From the NCBI GenBank assembly GCA_054661495.1, contig BAAFSQ010000030.1, forward strand, positions 1 through 32,000: a stretch of 32,000 nt of DNA, read 5' to 3'. Below are positions 1 through 11,623 of this stretch, piece by piece; the first letter of the stretch is position 1; each line of letters opens with the position of its first letter. Under the pieces are notes generated by a model. That model saw nothing but the letters and a program-made list of their open reading frames with translations. It was not told the DNA's origin and searched no databases. This DNA is from Zygophlyctis sp. KS116 (taxonomy: Eukaryota > Fungi > Chytridiomycota). The translations under genes and the position numbers were made by a program.

Positions 1-3000
1 CGTCCTCTGAAGAGCTATCATCGCGCATTACCTTTTCATCTCTTGTTCTGGAAGATCGGCGAACAGGTGCATTAGCACAAGTCGTGTCCTTTAAAATTTC
101 TCTGTTTTTAACTGGTTTTCCTCTTTTAGCTCCTAAAGTTTATAATTTAAAAAGTACCTCTTTGAGATTTTGAATTCTTCTTTTTGAGTCGAGAGTCTCC
201 CTTTCCAACTGCATTCAAGAATTTCCAGAACGGGTCCCATTGTTTACTAGACTCTTCAGGTATTAATTGTTGACTATTCATAAATTTTAAAAGAGAGCTT
301 TCACTAATTTTTAGTTTTTAAAGTTTACAATTCATCAAATTGAGCAAATCCAATGCCAATTGAATCAAATGATTGCCTTAAAACACCTCCTATTGCTCCT
401 AAGATTTCCCAAACAGAATTAATTTCTTCCATGGAATTTTTACGGCAATTAATCGATAATGGTTTTTCTTGGTCATTTGTGATTGTTAGATCACTGATTA
501 TACTATAACTCTTATTTGATTTAGAATCCGATTTTTGAAAAGCATTAAGATAAAAGACCAAATTATGACACGATTTTGTAAAAAAGGCAAAGACAGAAGA
601 CTGTAATTCAATTAAACGTTCGTTGCTTGATTCTTGCAAATATTTTGGCCACATTTTTAGTTGATTGATGATTAATTTCGTAAGGCTTCGTGCAGGTTCT
701 AATGATCCAGTAACACCAGAAAGGTAGAGATCCAGAGCAGCATCTACTCCCCCAAATAGAAAATGGCACAGCGAATCAACCTTTTCTTCAAATAAATCAT
801 CATATTTTTTTTTAGTCATTAACTCTTGAAATTGTTGAATCAGCACAGACTTCATCAACATTTCGGTAAGAGAATTCCAAGTTTTTCCAAACAAAGTCAT
901 GATGAGTGGCTTTGTATTAAGAGATGATATGTGGCCCGTCTCATCTTCAAGATCGGAAAGACCAAAGTATTTGGGGAAAATAGCGCCAAATTTTGAGCTT
1001 ATCAAAGAATGATTTAGAAATTGCATAAAGTGTAAGACTGATTTGAAAAGCTCTTGATGAATTTCGAGCTTCATTTCATTTTGATCAATTCCTTTTTCAA
1101 TCAAAACCTTAAAAAATGATGTGGGCTTAAAATTTAGAACAGACAGCGCAATTATTGATTTTTCCAATGTTTGTACCATTTTATTTTGAACCATTTCCGA
1201 TAATAATCGATTCGATCCTGTTTTTTGAGAAATACCCGAATTGAAAAATATAAACAGAGTCATTAGATTATAAATTGATGCAAATTTCAATCCGAGTGGT
1301 AACTCCATACCATCTGATTCATCTGACGTAATAACGGCTTCACAAATTGCAATAAGCCTCTCTACGTTTCGAGTACTTTCAGCAAAAGACTTTTCGTCGT
1401 CTGCTTGATTATCACACTGTGCTTTGAAGTAGAAAAATTGATCCTTCATTGCTACTTTTATTGAATAATCAACCAGAAGAGCGAGATTTTCAACGTCATT
1501 TTCGTTCAAATCCGCCGAAACAGTTAACATAGACAAGCATTTGTCTATTATACCGTGGAGAATAGACAAAAAAGAATTTTTTGTGAAACTAGAATCACCA
1601 ATCAGTGATATGTAGTCTTGAATTCCCAGTTCACATCGAAGAATATCAAATCGAATAAGAACTCCTCTAAGAGAGACAGCAGATTCAAGTTTACTAGATA
1701 TTTCAGAATCTCCAGCGAGAATTTCGTATTGAGGAATCAACTGATCAAATATCATTTCTATTAGTATATCTTTAATTGTTTCTTTGACAGTATCTAGTAT
1801 TTGGTGATTGTAAGCGTTATTTTTTTCATTTGGAGAAGAACCTTGATATCCTTGACTAGAAAATATACTTGGCAACGATCCTACACAACAAATCAAAACG
1901 TCTGGATTTATGTGTCTTGTACATACAAATTTTAATTCTGTAAGTAATTCATCGAATGCCTTGAAATTAAAAATTTTAAATAGTCTACCGAATACATCCT
2001 CAAATCTAAATAAACTTGCAAATCCATATGTTCAAACAATGCTAATGCTTCCATTAGTCTTTTGTTATTTCCTGTGAAAGAGTTTTTATATTTTTTCAAC
2101 AATAAAGGAAGAATCTTGATTAATTCACGTGTGATTGTTGATCTTTCCTCTTGATAAGACTTTTTCCTACTTGAATCACTCATGCGTAACTCTATGGAAG
2201 CCGAGAAGAGATATAAAAGACATAAATCCTCTTCCGGTGATAAAAAAGCAGGATCATTTTCACTGAATGACGTAGATAAATAGTCTCCCATACTTTGCCA
2301 ATCCTTAAACCTTAAAATCACACAAATTTACCTTGACGATTGGAACCGTTTCCGAAAGTGCCTTCACAGCCTCTTTTACGCCAGATATTCCAAAGGATAA
2401 ATCAGTTGCAACCCAATCTACGCTAAGCCATTTGAGCATTTCCTTTTGATCTTTTTCTTGCAATCTTAATAAATCTTCTTCCGCAAATGACATTTCTAAT
2501 TCGTCGTCCTCCACCTCTTGCGCTTCTAATGCAGATTTATTAATTTTGCTATTATCACTTTCAACAAGAATTTTGCAGAGGCAGTTCAGCTCCCATAATG
2601 ATTCCGAAGAAAAGTTACTCTCATCTATCAATTCCTGTTTTTCAGAGAGAATTTTTGGAATCATGTTTGCCGCCAAGGTTCTAACTTTTGGCTCTGTTTC
2701 AAATAACATGGTTACTAAGCCTTTTGAATCTGAATCATCCAATAGCTCAAGCTGGCTCATTTTCGTCATTACTTCAATTGCAACTAGTCTAGTGGATAAA
2801 TCATCATCGCTAGTAGCCATTTCATGAATTCTACTCTTGAATCTATCCAAGAATAATCTTAGATTTGAAAGATTAGATTCTGTTAATAAGATAGATAACC
2901 CTTTTATATACTCCAATCTAACTTGCGGCGCCTAAAATCAACATTTTTTTAATTACTTTATCAGCCAACATCCATCCGACATATCTCAAATATTGAGGAT

Positions 3001-3778
3001 CCATATACTTTTCTTTTAACCTTGACATCCAAGAACATATTTGGAATGCACATTCCGCACGTATCATAGAGTCTGAATCCCGACAACGATGAATAAAAAT
3101 CCTTATGTTTTAAATGAATAGTATTACCCTTCAAAAAAGTTATCTGTCCAACTTTCTAATTCGTCTTTTACATTATTCAAATCCAATATTTTCTTTTCTA
3201 ACAACTTCCTAGGCTCTTTCCCACTACAGGATCCTAATTGCAGCTCAACTAGATTCAAATCATCAATTGCCTCCTTTAAAAAATCACACAAGCTGCATTG
3301 AATTGTATTAGCTATGAATGTCGAGGAATGCCTAAAAGGCTTGAACCGCGAAGACGACATAGCGCCCAGCCATTGATACATTGATTGCCACAACCAAACT
3401 TTTTCTTCCAACAATCGACTTTTAATCATTAATTTCTCCAAGAATCCAACCAAATTCTTTTTGAATTTCTGATGGATTCTTCCCTTTGCCTTTGGAAGAA
3501 GCGGATATCCATTTTGCACGTCCTAAAATCAGCATTAAGATCATTAGAAATACCGGGTCAAAGTTTTTAAGTATTGCCGTCAAATGCTTATCAATTGCAT
3601 CAGAGTTTGATACCATTTCAGTTGTAAGAGACTCTGCAGCTCCAGAGGAAGCCAAAAACAAATTCAGTAAAATAGACAATGCCTCGTTCTTTTCAGTCTC
3701 GAATTCAGAAATCCACTCACGCACTTCTGCTTCAATAGCATTTTCATGGAACATTATGACCTGAAAAAGACTCTTCAT
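1..3778 (-). CDS. SCC3: Cohesin subunit Scc3/STAG (stromalin); 3' end runs off the window
   Basis: Spliced ORFs give STAG motifs SLFQVIM..EVREWISEF..LLNLFLASSG, SSSRFKPFRHSST, IFIHRCRDSDSMIRAEC, YLRYVGWMLADK and FLDRFKSRIHEMATSDDD. Introns (plus coordinates): 3523-3553, 3102-3127, 2932-2956, 2304-2331, 1960-1988, 304-328, 133-157. Confidence 0.93.
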
Positions 3779-3872
3779 TGTGGTTTCGTCACGAGTGGAA
3801 ATTAAAAATCGGCGCAGCAGCGCTCAGCCTAAAAACTTCTCATAAACTGAATTTTACTGTATATTATTACTC

Positions 3873-6609
3873 TTATTCTTCAGACTTTCTTTTCAATCCT
3901 CCAAACACTGCTGCAGGAACTGCAACAGTTTCTATCTCTTCATCAGAATCATCTAATGCGATTTCATCAGGGTTCATTATTGATTCCTGTGCGTTACCAG
4001 ATAAAATATCGCTAGGAGTTTCTTTAAAAGGCTCGGTGACTGTGGCTCTCACAAATCCAGGGAGAGCTTGGGATTGCTGTTCTGCAATTACCATGGCTTC
4101 TAGGTCTGCCATGGATTTGGGCTGTTCTGATTCTGAAGGTACTTGAGGGACTACTGGTATTTCTTGTCCTGCTCTAGAAGCTGCTAGAAGTTTAGCAGAC
4201 ATATATGCGGCCTGTGAACTGTATTTGGATTGTACAGATCGCTTAACTCGGAGCATCTCCTTAAATGTTTCTTCATTTCCATACTTGACTTCAAAATCTG
4301 ACCATGTTTTCCAATAGTCTGGGTTGATTTCAGGATCAGCCATTTGACATCCATGAATATAAATAGCTCGAGCCCGGTCGACTTCTCCAAGTTTAATTTC
4401 TGTGGATGCAAAGTCAAGACATATTTGACGGCATTCATTATCTGGTAAAATTTCAATTGCTTTTGAGTAAATGTCTCTTGTAGAAGAGAGGCCAAAGAAA
4501 CTAGCAGCTTTTGCTAAATAGATTTCGAAAACTTTTAAGCGATCTTCTTCAGCGACAGTTGTAACAGCACGATCATATAAGCTCATGGCTCTTCTAGCTA
4601 ATCCGTAATCTTCCTCTAGTTTAGCATATCTAGAATGTTACTTAATGAAAAACATACCTTAAAAAAATTGATTTAGCAACATTTGCAGGAACCTTTTCTA
4701 ATGCATGCTCAAACAAATCACGAGCTCTTTCCATTTTTGTGCCTTGGTATCGTGCTATAAATTTGTTTAAATATACATTCCAAATATCAAAAGCTACAGG
4801 ATATCCAAAAACATCTATTCCTCTTTCATATACTCTGAAACTCTAAAATTAAGCTGGTTGTATTTACCTCTTCAAAAAAGTTTTTTTCCTCTAAAAATGA
4901 TGCATAATTTAAAATTGTCTGGGGAATTGCAATTTTCAGTTCAATTATTCGATCATATATAGATTTTGTACTTTCAATCGTGCCTATAGCTTCCTCAATA
5001 TCAACATATAAACACCATAATTTGAGACTTTTGAATACTCTTTGCGACGGATCTTTTCTGTCATCATCATATCTAATAGATTGTATGAAAGATGCAGATC
5101 CTTTTGGAGATGCACAAGCTCTGGAGAGCAACTCTGAGGCACGTTTTTCTTCGCCAGCATCCAACTCCATCTCGGCATATGAGCACCACATTTCAACCAA
5201 ATCATCAGCGTTTTTAAAAGAAGCAGTGACTGCCTTTTCATAAACGCTCCTTGCAGATTCTATACCCAGTTCATTTTGAGAGAACTTTGCAAAATCGTTC
5301 CATAGAGAGGGCAAACTTCCTACAGCTTTCTTACAATTAATTGTACTCAATGCAGTATTATAAGTTTCCTCGACTTGCTTAATATTTTCTTTTTCTTTCC
5401 ATAAAAGAACTCTAGATTTCCATTCGGAAACATTATGAGGGTTTTGCCTTAAAAGAACTTCATTCAACAAAAAAGGTCGACGTTCCATCAACCTCTCAAA
5501 TCTTGCCAATCCCATGTCCACTTCATATTCTTCAATATCTTTTGTGCCAGACTCTAATCCTTCCATTTGAGCAGCCAGAATATCCTCTTCGGTCTTTGCA
5601 TATGTATCAAACACGAGCGAAAAATCTCTTAAAGTGACAACAGAAGCCAAAGCTTCTTCATATACATCTCTGGCCTTTTCCCATTCCCCTTTAAGTATCC
5701 ACCATCTTGCCAGAGAAATCCAAATTTTACCGACTTGATCAGTGAATCTAGCAATCCCTGCTCTTAATATAGTATCTACATCTAGTGATTCTAGTTTTCC
5801 TCCTTTTAAAATCATTGATTGTTCCATTTCATCTGGATATTCAGTAACTAAATCTGCCAAGTGACTCCATAATTGAAAATTGGATTTTCCAGAAGTAGAT
5901 TTATATCCTAAAACTTTTAGAGATTTTAGATGCTTACCTGGAGTTGATAATACCTTTGCCAAAACTTTTGCAGCCTCTGATGGCCTTGGAGGATCCATTT
6001 CTAGTAAAATATCAACATAATCTTCCAACGCATTTGGTTCAATTTTCAAATACCTCTTCCAAATCCTTACACAAGTTTCTCCTGCAACTTTTTCTGCAAA
6101 TTCCTATTAATTATCCATATTTGAAAGATTACAAGATATAAAATCCAAATCATTGGATGTTGAGTTAATGGTAAAGCCTGTAAACTAGAATCAAAAACTC
6201 TTCTAGTCTTTGTAATTAAGTGATCTTGTTTAATCAAAAACACGGCATACATTGCCCAAATAATTGGAAATTTATGACAATAAACCAGAGCTTTTTGAAA
6301 CAAAATTTCAGTTATTCTCCATTCAGGATCATCAAAAGGAATAATATGTTTATAATTGACAAGATCCTTGATTTTATGAATAACTGCATATTTAGCGTTT
6401 GACTTTACTGGCTTATCGGGGAATTCCAAGAGTCTTTTCAGTCTAAAATCCAAATATCGTTTCCATAACTTAAAAGATCCGGGAATGTTTGAGAGTGCTC
6501 TTTCATAAATCTTAATCTTTTCCTGGTCTTCACATTTGTCCAGATAAGAGATCCAAGCCTTTAGAGACTTTGGATCTCTTAACAGAACCTCTTCAAATTC
6601 AATCAACAT
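3873..6609 (-). CDS. SYF1: Pre-mRNA splicing factor Syf1/XAB2 (HAT repeats)
   Basis: Motifs PGSFKLW, LLRQNPHNVSEW, RVFKSLKLW, ETKLGEVDRARAIY-like EIKLGEVDRARAIY and YGNEETFKEMLRVKRSVQ. Introns 6104-6132, 5908-5937 (in-frame, hidden in the ORF track), 4843-4867, 4630-4657. Confidence 0.96.
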
Positions 6610-6725
6610 TTCTCTTGAGACTTCCTACACCGAAAACTTGAATATATAGAATAGTATCCTACACCGGGAGCAAGACCCTGTTTTATGGTCTGTTTGGTGC
6701 TTGGATTGAAAGAGCGGCGTAAAAT

Positions 6726-6749
6726 TTTCGCGGTTTAATTTGGCGGGAA
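6726..6749 (+). promoter_or_regulatory. Candidate E2F/DP sites upstream of ORC3
   Basis: TTTCGCGG (6726-6733) and TTTGGCGGGAA (6739-6749), 10-33 bp upstream of the ORC3 ATG. Confidence 0.6.
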
Positions 6750-6758
6750 CGAAACAAG

Positions 6759-9003
6759 ATGAAAGTCGATAATATAACTCAATCTGTGACTCTTACCTAT
6801 GATAAAACTAGTGCTAATAAGATGCCGAAAAGTATTAAAAATGGCGATAAATCATGGGCCTTGAGAAATGAAATCCTTAAGAGAAATCTTGAAAAGTTTG
6901 ATTCTGTGATTAAAGTAAGAATATCAAACTTATAAAAGAATGTTTTAAATAATTGTCATCAGGAGTCTATTTCAGATATTGATAAATTTGTTGAAACCGC
7001 TGAAATATTTAATACTCAAATACAGACTGGGTTAATATTTGGTGGAATGAATGCTAGTTCCGATCATGAAGTATTGTTCACTAGGCTCTTTCAAAATATT
7101 GTTAAAAATGGAAATTATTATGCGTCACTGGCTAGTAAAGATTGCCCAAATTTAAAAATCACTATAAGGAATTTGATTGTGCAATTTCTGGGATTTGAAA
7201 AGGAATTGGAAAATGAGAATATTGAGCAAGATGTATATTTTTTATATAAAATTAATAGTCGTTTGAACATGTGTTCAATTACAGTCGTGAAAAGGTAATT
7301 TATATCAATTTATCAATAGAATTGTATGCTATCCACTCATGACATGAAATTATTAAGTGAATGGTATGATTGGAAGTCTGCTGAAAAGGGGCCTTTTAAA
7401 TTTGTATTATTTATTGAGGATTTTGAAGCGTTTGAATCAAAGTTGATTGTTGATCTGATTTCTATATTATGGTATTAATTCTTTAATAATTTCAAGTGAA
7501 CATGTTTTGGAAATTCCATTGGTCCTATTGATTAATGTTGCTACAACTGGGCTAGGATTTCAGACAAGTCTTCCAATATCTATTTTGGCAAAATTGAAAA
7601 CTGTTAATTTTCAATTATCAGCATCAAATGATTTGTTAAATGCATTGGTGGAAAAGGTAGATGAGTTAAAATAATTTAAAAGGTTTTTATAGAGCCGGAA
7701 ACTGGCATGAAGTTGGATTCAAAGACTTTTTCTCAAATACTAATGCAATATCAGCTTTATGACTTATCCATTCATTCCTTTTCAAATAATATCAAGGTAT
7801 TTTGAACTTTTAAACTAGTAGTTATGTTATATGATTCACTATTATAATAATCCATTAAGTATTTTAGCACATAGCAAAGAATTTGATATTCAGAGTGTAC
7901 TGGGCCACAATGAGATTGAATCACTACGCATGCAAAAGTCATTTATGGAGTATAATCTTTTTAAAATAATAATATTAGGCACATGGATAAACTTGCAGAA
8001 GAAGGCGAAAAAGAAGAAGTACGAAAACTAATCCAGGACGACCAATATTTTCTGCAACGAATTCCACATTATTTGAAAGACTTGACAAAATATCACAAAA
8101 ATTACTCAAAGGCATTTCAGTGTTTGGTAAAATTGCAGGCGACAATCAATAATCCAGCTCTTAGGAGACCTCTGCGTCGCCTTTATGAGATATCATTAAA
8201 TAATGGTCTCGATGATTTGCTGCGTACATTATTTCAGATTTTCAGGTAAATTAATGATTTTAATAAATATAGTAAAAAGCCTGTTTCTGATATAAAAAAG
8301 TATTTATGCTCTTGTATTGAAGTGTTGGAGACTGATCACAAAGAATTCAAGGATACTATAGATTTATTTACAGATTCAGTGAAAGGACTTGATAAATTCA
8401 AAGATGAGTCTGAATCGGAAGAAGAATCCGAAGAAATTATTTCCAATTCAGTGATTGATCAAATTGTGATCAAAAAACAGCGAACCACTAATATTTCAAG
8501 AAGAACTGCTATTGATAGTGCTCTAGATACAGTTCATGTATCTCAAGAACAGTCTCTAGTCAAAGGAATAATTTTAAAACTTTGTGATTTCTTTTCAAAG
8601 TACTTGGGTCATTATTCTGGCGTTTTATGGAATGAAATCATTTATTTCAATGATTTCAGAAGGATACAAAAAGCTTTTAACCCATCTACTCGCTTAGCGA
8701 TACATTCTGCTATTACCAATCCAGGCTATTTTCTTGAAACCAGTGAACAATTTGATATTACTATTCTTCACAAGTTATACCTAGAATGCGGAAGACTTAT
8801 CAACATGTATGATTGGTTTATTGCATTCAAAACCATGATTGATCCTAATTCCTGCCTTTCTGAACAAGAGGCTCAGTAAATTACAAATTTTAACATTTAG
8901 AATAAGATTTATGAAGGGGACGTCTGAAATGCAACTGCTTGGATTCATAAAGCCAACAGAGCGTAAAGCTGATCATGTAGAACGTCTTACATGGGGAATA
9001 TAA
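6759..9003 (+). CDS. ORC3: Origin recognition complex subunit 3
   Basis: Motifs [46 protein letters not shown] and the C-terminal [20 protein letters not shown]. Nine introns: 6915-6938, 7233-7258, 7295-7319, 7472-7496, 7657-7682, 7797-7821, 7950-7978, 8246-8272, 8876-8900. Confidence 0.93.
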
Positions 9004-9066
9004 ATACTAATTCCAGTTAAAAATCTCTAAAAATTCCTGGGTAATTTAAAAAAGGTTTTATTAAGG

Positions 9067-9760
9067 CTAAATAAGTTTCTATAATTTATTTGTTACTAGT
9101 TTTATACCTTTGACTTGAAGTAATTTCTCAAGTACCAAATTTCCCAAGCCCCTACAGCCAAGAATGAAATCATTGACATAAGTCTAAAATTCCGAACACG
9201 TTCATTTGTAGCCTCTGAGTTATAATAAAATCCAAAAATTACCATTTAAATCTCTCATGAGTCTTTCCTTTTCATTCAAATTATTCATTTGCTTTATAAC
9301 CTGATCCATCAAGTCTTCCAAATTAACCATTTGATTTTCATTTTCAGACAACTTTTCATTTGTTGAAATTAGTGGATGTGAATCATCAATGACATCAATT
9401 TCTAGATTTACAGACGCCGTTGCACCTTCATCACCACGAAAAACTATACAAAATTCAATGGGCGTATACCAGTTTGTGTTTGTAAACTTGAAGTCATAGT
9501 CCTTTCCAGGCGATAAATTCAATTTAGACCAATATTTAGAGTTATCTCCTTCAGTATCTTCAATCTGTAATTTAATACATTAGTAATACAGTAAAATCCA
9601 TACTTCCACGGTCCGCAGTTACTTTTAACTTTCCCTTGACAGTCATGTCTGCTGAAAACACAGATTTTAAACATTTTCTACTTCCAGCGGGAGAGGCGGT
9701 CGTTTTAAATCTGAATGCGAGACCTGCGCCTATTTGCAACAGAAACAAGAGCAAAAACAT
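9067..9760 (-). CDS. ERV25: p24/GOLD family cargo receptor, delta type (Erv25/TMED10-like)
   Basis: Signal peptide MFLLLFLLQIGAG, coiled coil MRDLNEATNERVRNF, a TM segment and the C-terminal WYLRNYFKSKKLI. Introns 9565-9589, 9214-9242, 9079-9107. Confidence 0.85.
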
Positions 9761-9776
9761 TTTTAAAAATTGGATC

Positions 9777-9897
9777 GTCCGACCTACGCTTTCCCATGGA
9801 CTCTTGGGCGATTGTGTGTGGTCCAACCTAGGCTCGGCCATTGACAGACACACAGACTTTAGCCATGGACGTGTCCAACCTATGCTTTACCATTGAC
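9777..9897. repeat. Three spaced 25-bp direct repeats in the ERV25/CitE bidirectional promoter
   Basis: GTCCRACCTANGCTNNNCCATKGAC at 9777-9801, 9821-9845 and 9873-9897. Confidence 0.9.
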
Positions 9898-9913
9898 ATA
9901 TAAACACACGGAA

Positions 9914-10835
9914 ATGTTGATTGCAAAACGATCGTGGTTGTATATTCCTTGCTCAGATCCTAAAAAAATTCTGAAATCATTCTCCCTCAAGAATGTAGAT
10001 GCACTCATATTTGATCTAGAAGACTCTGTTCCATTGAATGTAAAGGTAACTTTAATATATTAACGGCAGGCAAATGCAAGATCGTATCTGTATAATACAG
10101 AATTGTCCGGAAATCAGTACACTACTGTTAGAATGAATGCAATCGGATCGTCTTTTGAAAATGAAGATTTGGAATTAATTAAAAAGAAATCAGGAATTCA
10201 TGGTATAGTTATACCAAAGGTTTCATCGGTAAATGATTTAGAAGTGGTGTACAATGGGATTAATGGGAGGAATTTTGATTTATATCCGTGTATAGAATCT
10301 GCAAAAGGTCTGTTGAATATAAAGGAGATTTTAAAGGATTCAAGGATTAAAGGTGTTTTTTTTGCTGCAGAAGATTATTGTGCTGATGCTGTAAGGAAAT
10401 TTATAGTAATTATAGGGATTATTAAGAACTGAAGGAAGAAGAGAACTATTATATCCTAGACAAAAGGTTTCATCAGTAGCGGCTGCATATGGAATAGAGT
10501 CTATAGATATAGTTTGTATAGATTATAAATCAAATAAAGTCTTGGAAGAGGAATGTAAAGAAGGGAAGGAATGGGGGTTTACAGGGAAACAAGCAATTCA
10601 TCCTTGTCAAGTAGATATAATTCAAAAAGAGTTTTCTCCTTGTAAATTACAAGTGGTACTTTTACAAAAATTAAAATTCTAGGATAAAGCTCTTGCCATT
10701 ATTAAAGGATATCAAGAATGTGTAAAAAAAGGATTGGGAGCATTTAATCTGGATGGAATAATGGTAGATATGCCAGTGGTTAAATGGGCTCAAAAAATTC
10801 TAGAAAGACATGATCAAATTCAGAAATTGAAATGA
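9914..10835 (+). CDS. CitE/CLYBL-like (HpcH/HpaI aldolase-citrate lyase beta family)
   Basis: Motifs RSWLYIP, FDLEDSV, IVIPKV, IESAKG, FAAEDYCAD, GFTGKQAIHP and MVDMP. Introns 10046-10069, 10391-10415, 10656-10682. Confidence 0.9.
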
Positions 10836-10847
10836 TTAAAAACAATT

Positions 10848-11623
10848 TTAAAATGGCTTTTGATACTTTTCCAGAAATTTTTTCCATTCTTGATTTGTTG
10901 AAGTTATCCATCCCAAACCGTAAAACCATTCATAAATTGCTGATACTTTGTTGACATCAATTCTAAACCAATTTTGAGCATCTCTCTTTCTTAAAGGTCC
11001 AATTACAAATGATGCAGTGATGATTAATTTCTTAATCTTCAAGTAGACCTCTGGCATTAAGCGAAGAGTCGCACATGCACTTAATTCTTCTCTTGTTAAT
11101 TCAGATATTCCAATCGCATCATCAGGTATAATGAGTTTTGTTGAAGCAGCTAATTTACTTTAAGAATGAATAATATACCTTTCCAAACCACATCACGGGC
11201 ATGGGCAGTATTCTTGAATTGACTCAAATCAATTGATTCGTAATTCAATAATTCTTCCTGCAAAGAAGCAGTATTTACAAAATCTACCAGTGATCTTGCA
11301 TGCACTGGCGGATAAGATCTTTCATGCGCATCTTCAGTCTTTCTTCCAATTTTCAAAATTTCAGGATCGGCTGGTGTAGAGCATTGATCTCTTAGACTGG
11401 AGTATAAGCACACCCAAGGATTACTTCTATAAAGCTCAAACGTATCTAGTGAAATAACGTCTTCCTGCAGGGGCTTTGGTGACCTATGCGGAGAATGGCA
11501 TTTTCTCCTTTTAATTGACGGAACTAGAAAATCATCCTGGGGAGATGAATTAAATGAATTGAAATCAAAATCATGCTCAACTGGATGATCGGCATTAGCA
11601 TTAATTAGCAAAAGATCTTTCAT
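10848..11623 (-). CDS. SWIRM-domain protein (Fun19/Laf1-like)
   Basis: C-terminal SWIRM LTREELSACATLRLMPEVYLKIK..LRKRDAQNWFRIDVNKVSAIYEWFYGLGWI. Intron 11150-11178. The first in-frame ATG, at 11623, lies inside the NTAQ1 CDS. Confidence 0.8.

Noticed and set aside
9777-9897. CRISPR array
   Set aside because: The context is eukaryotic, there are only three degenerate repeats with unequal short spacers, and no cas genes are present.
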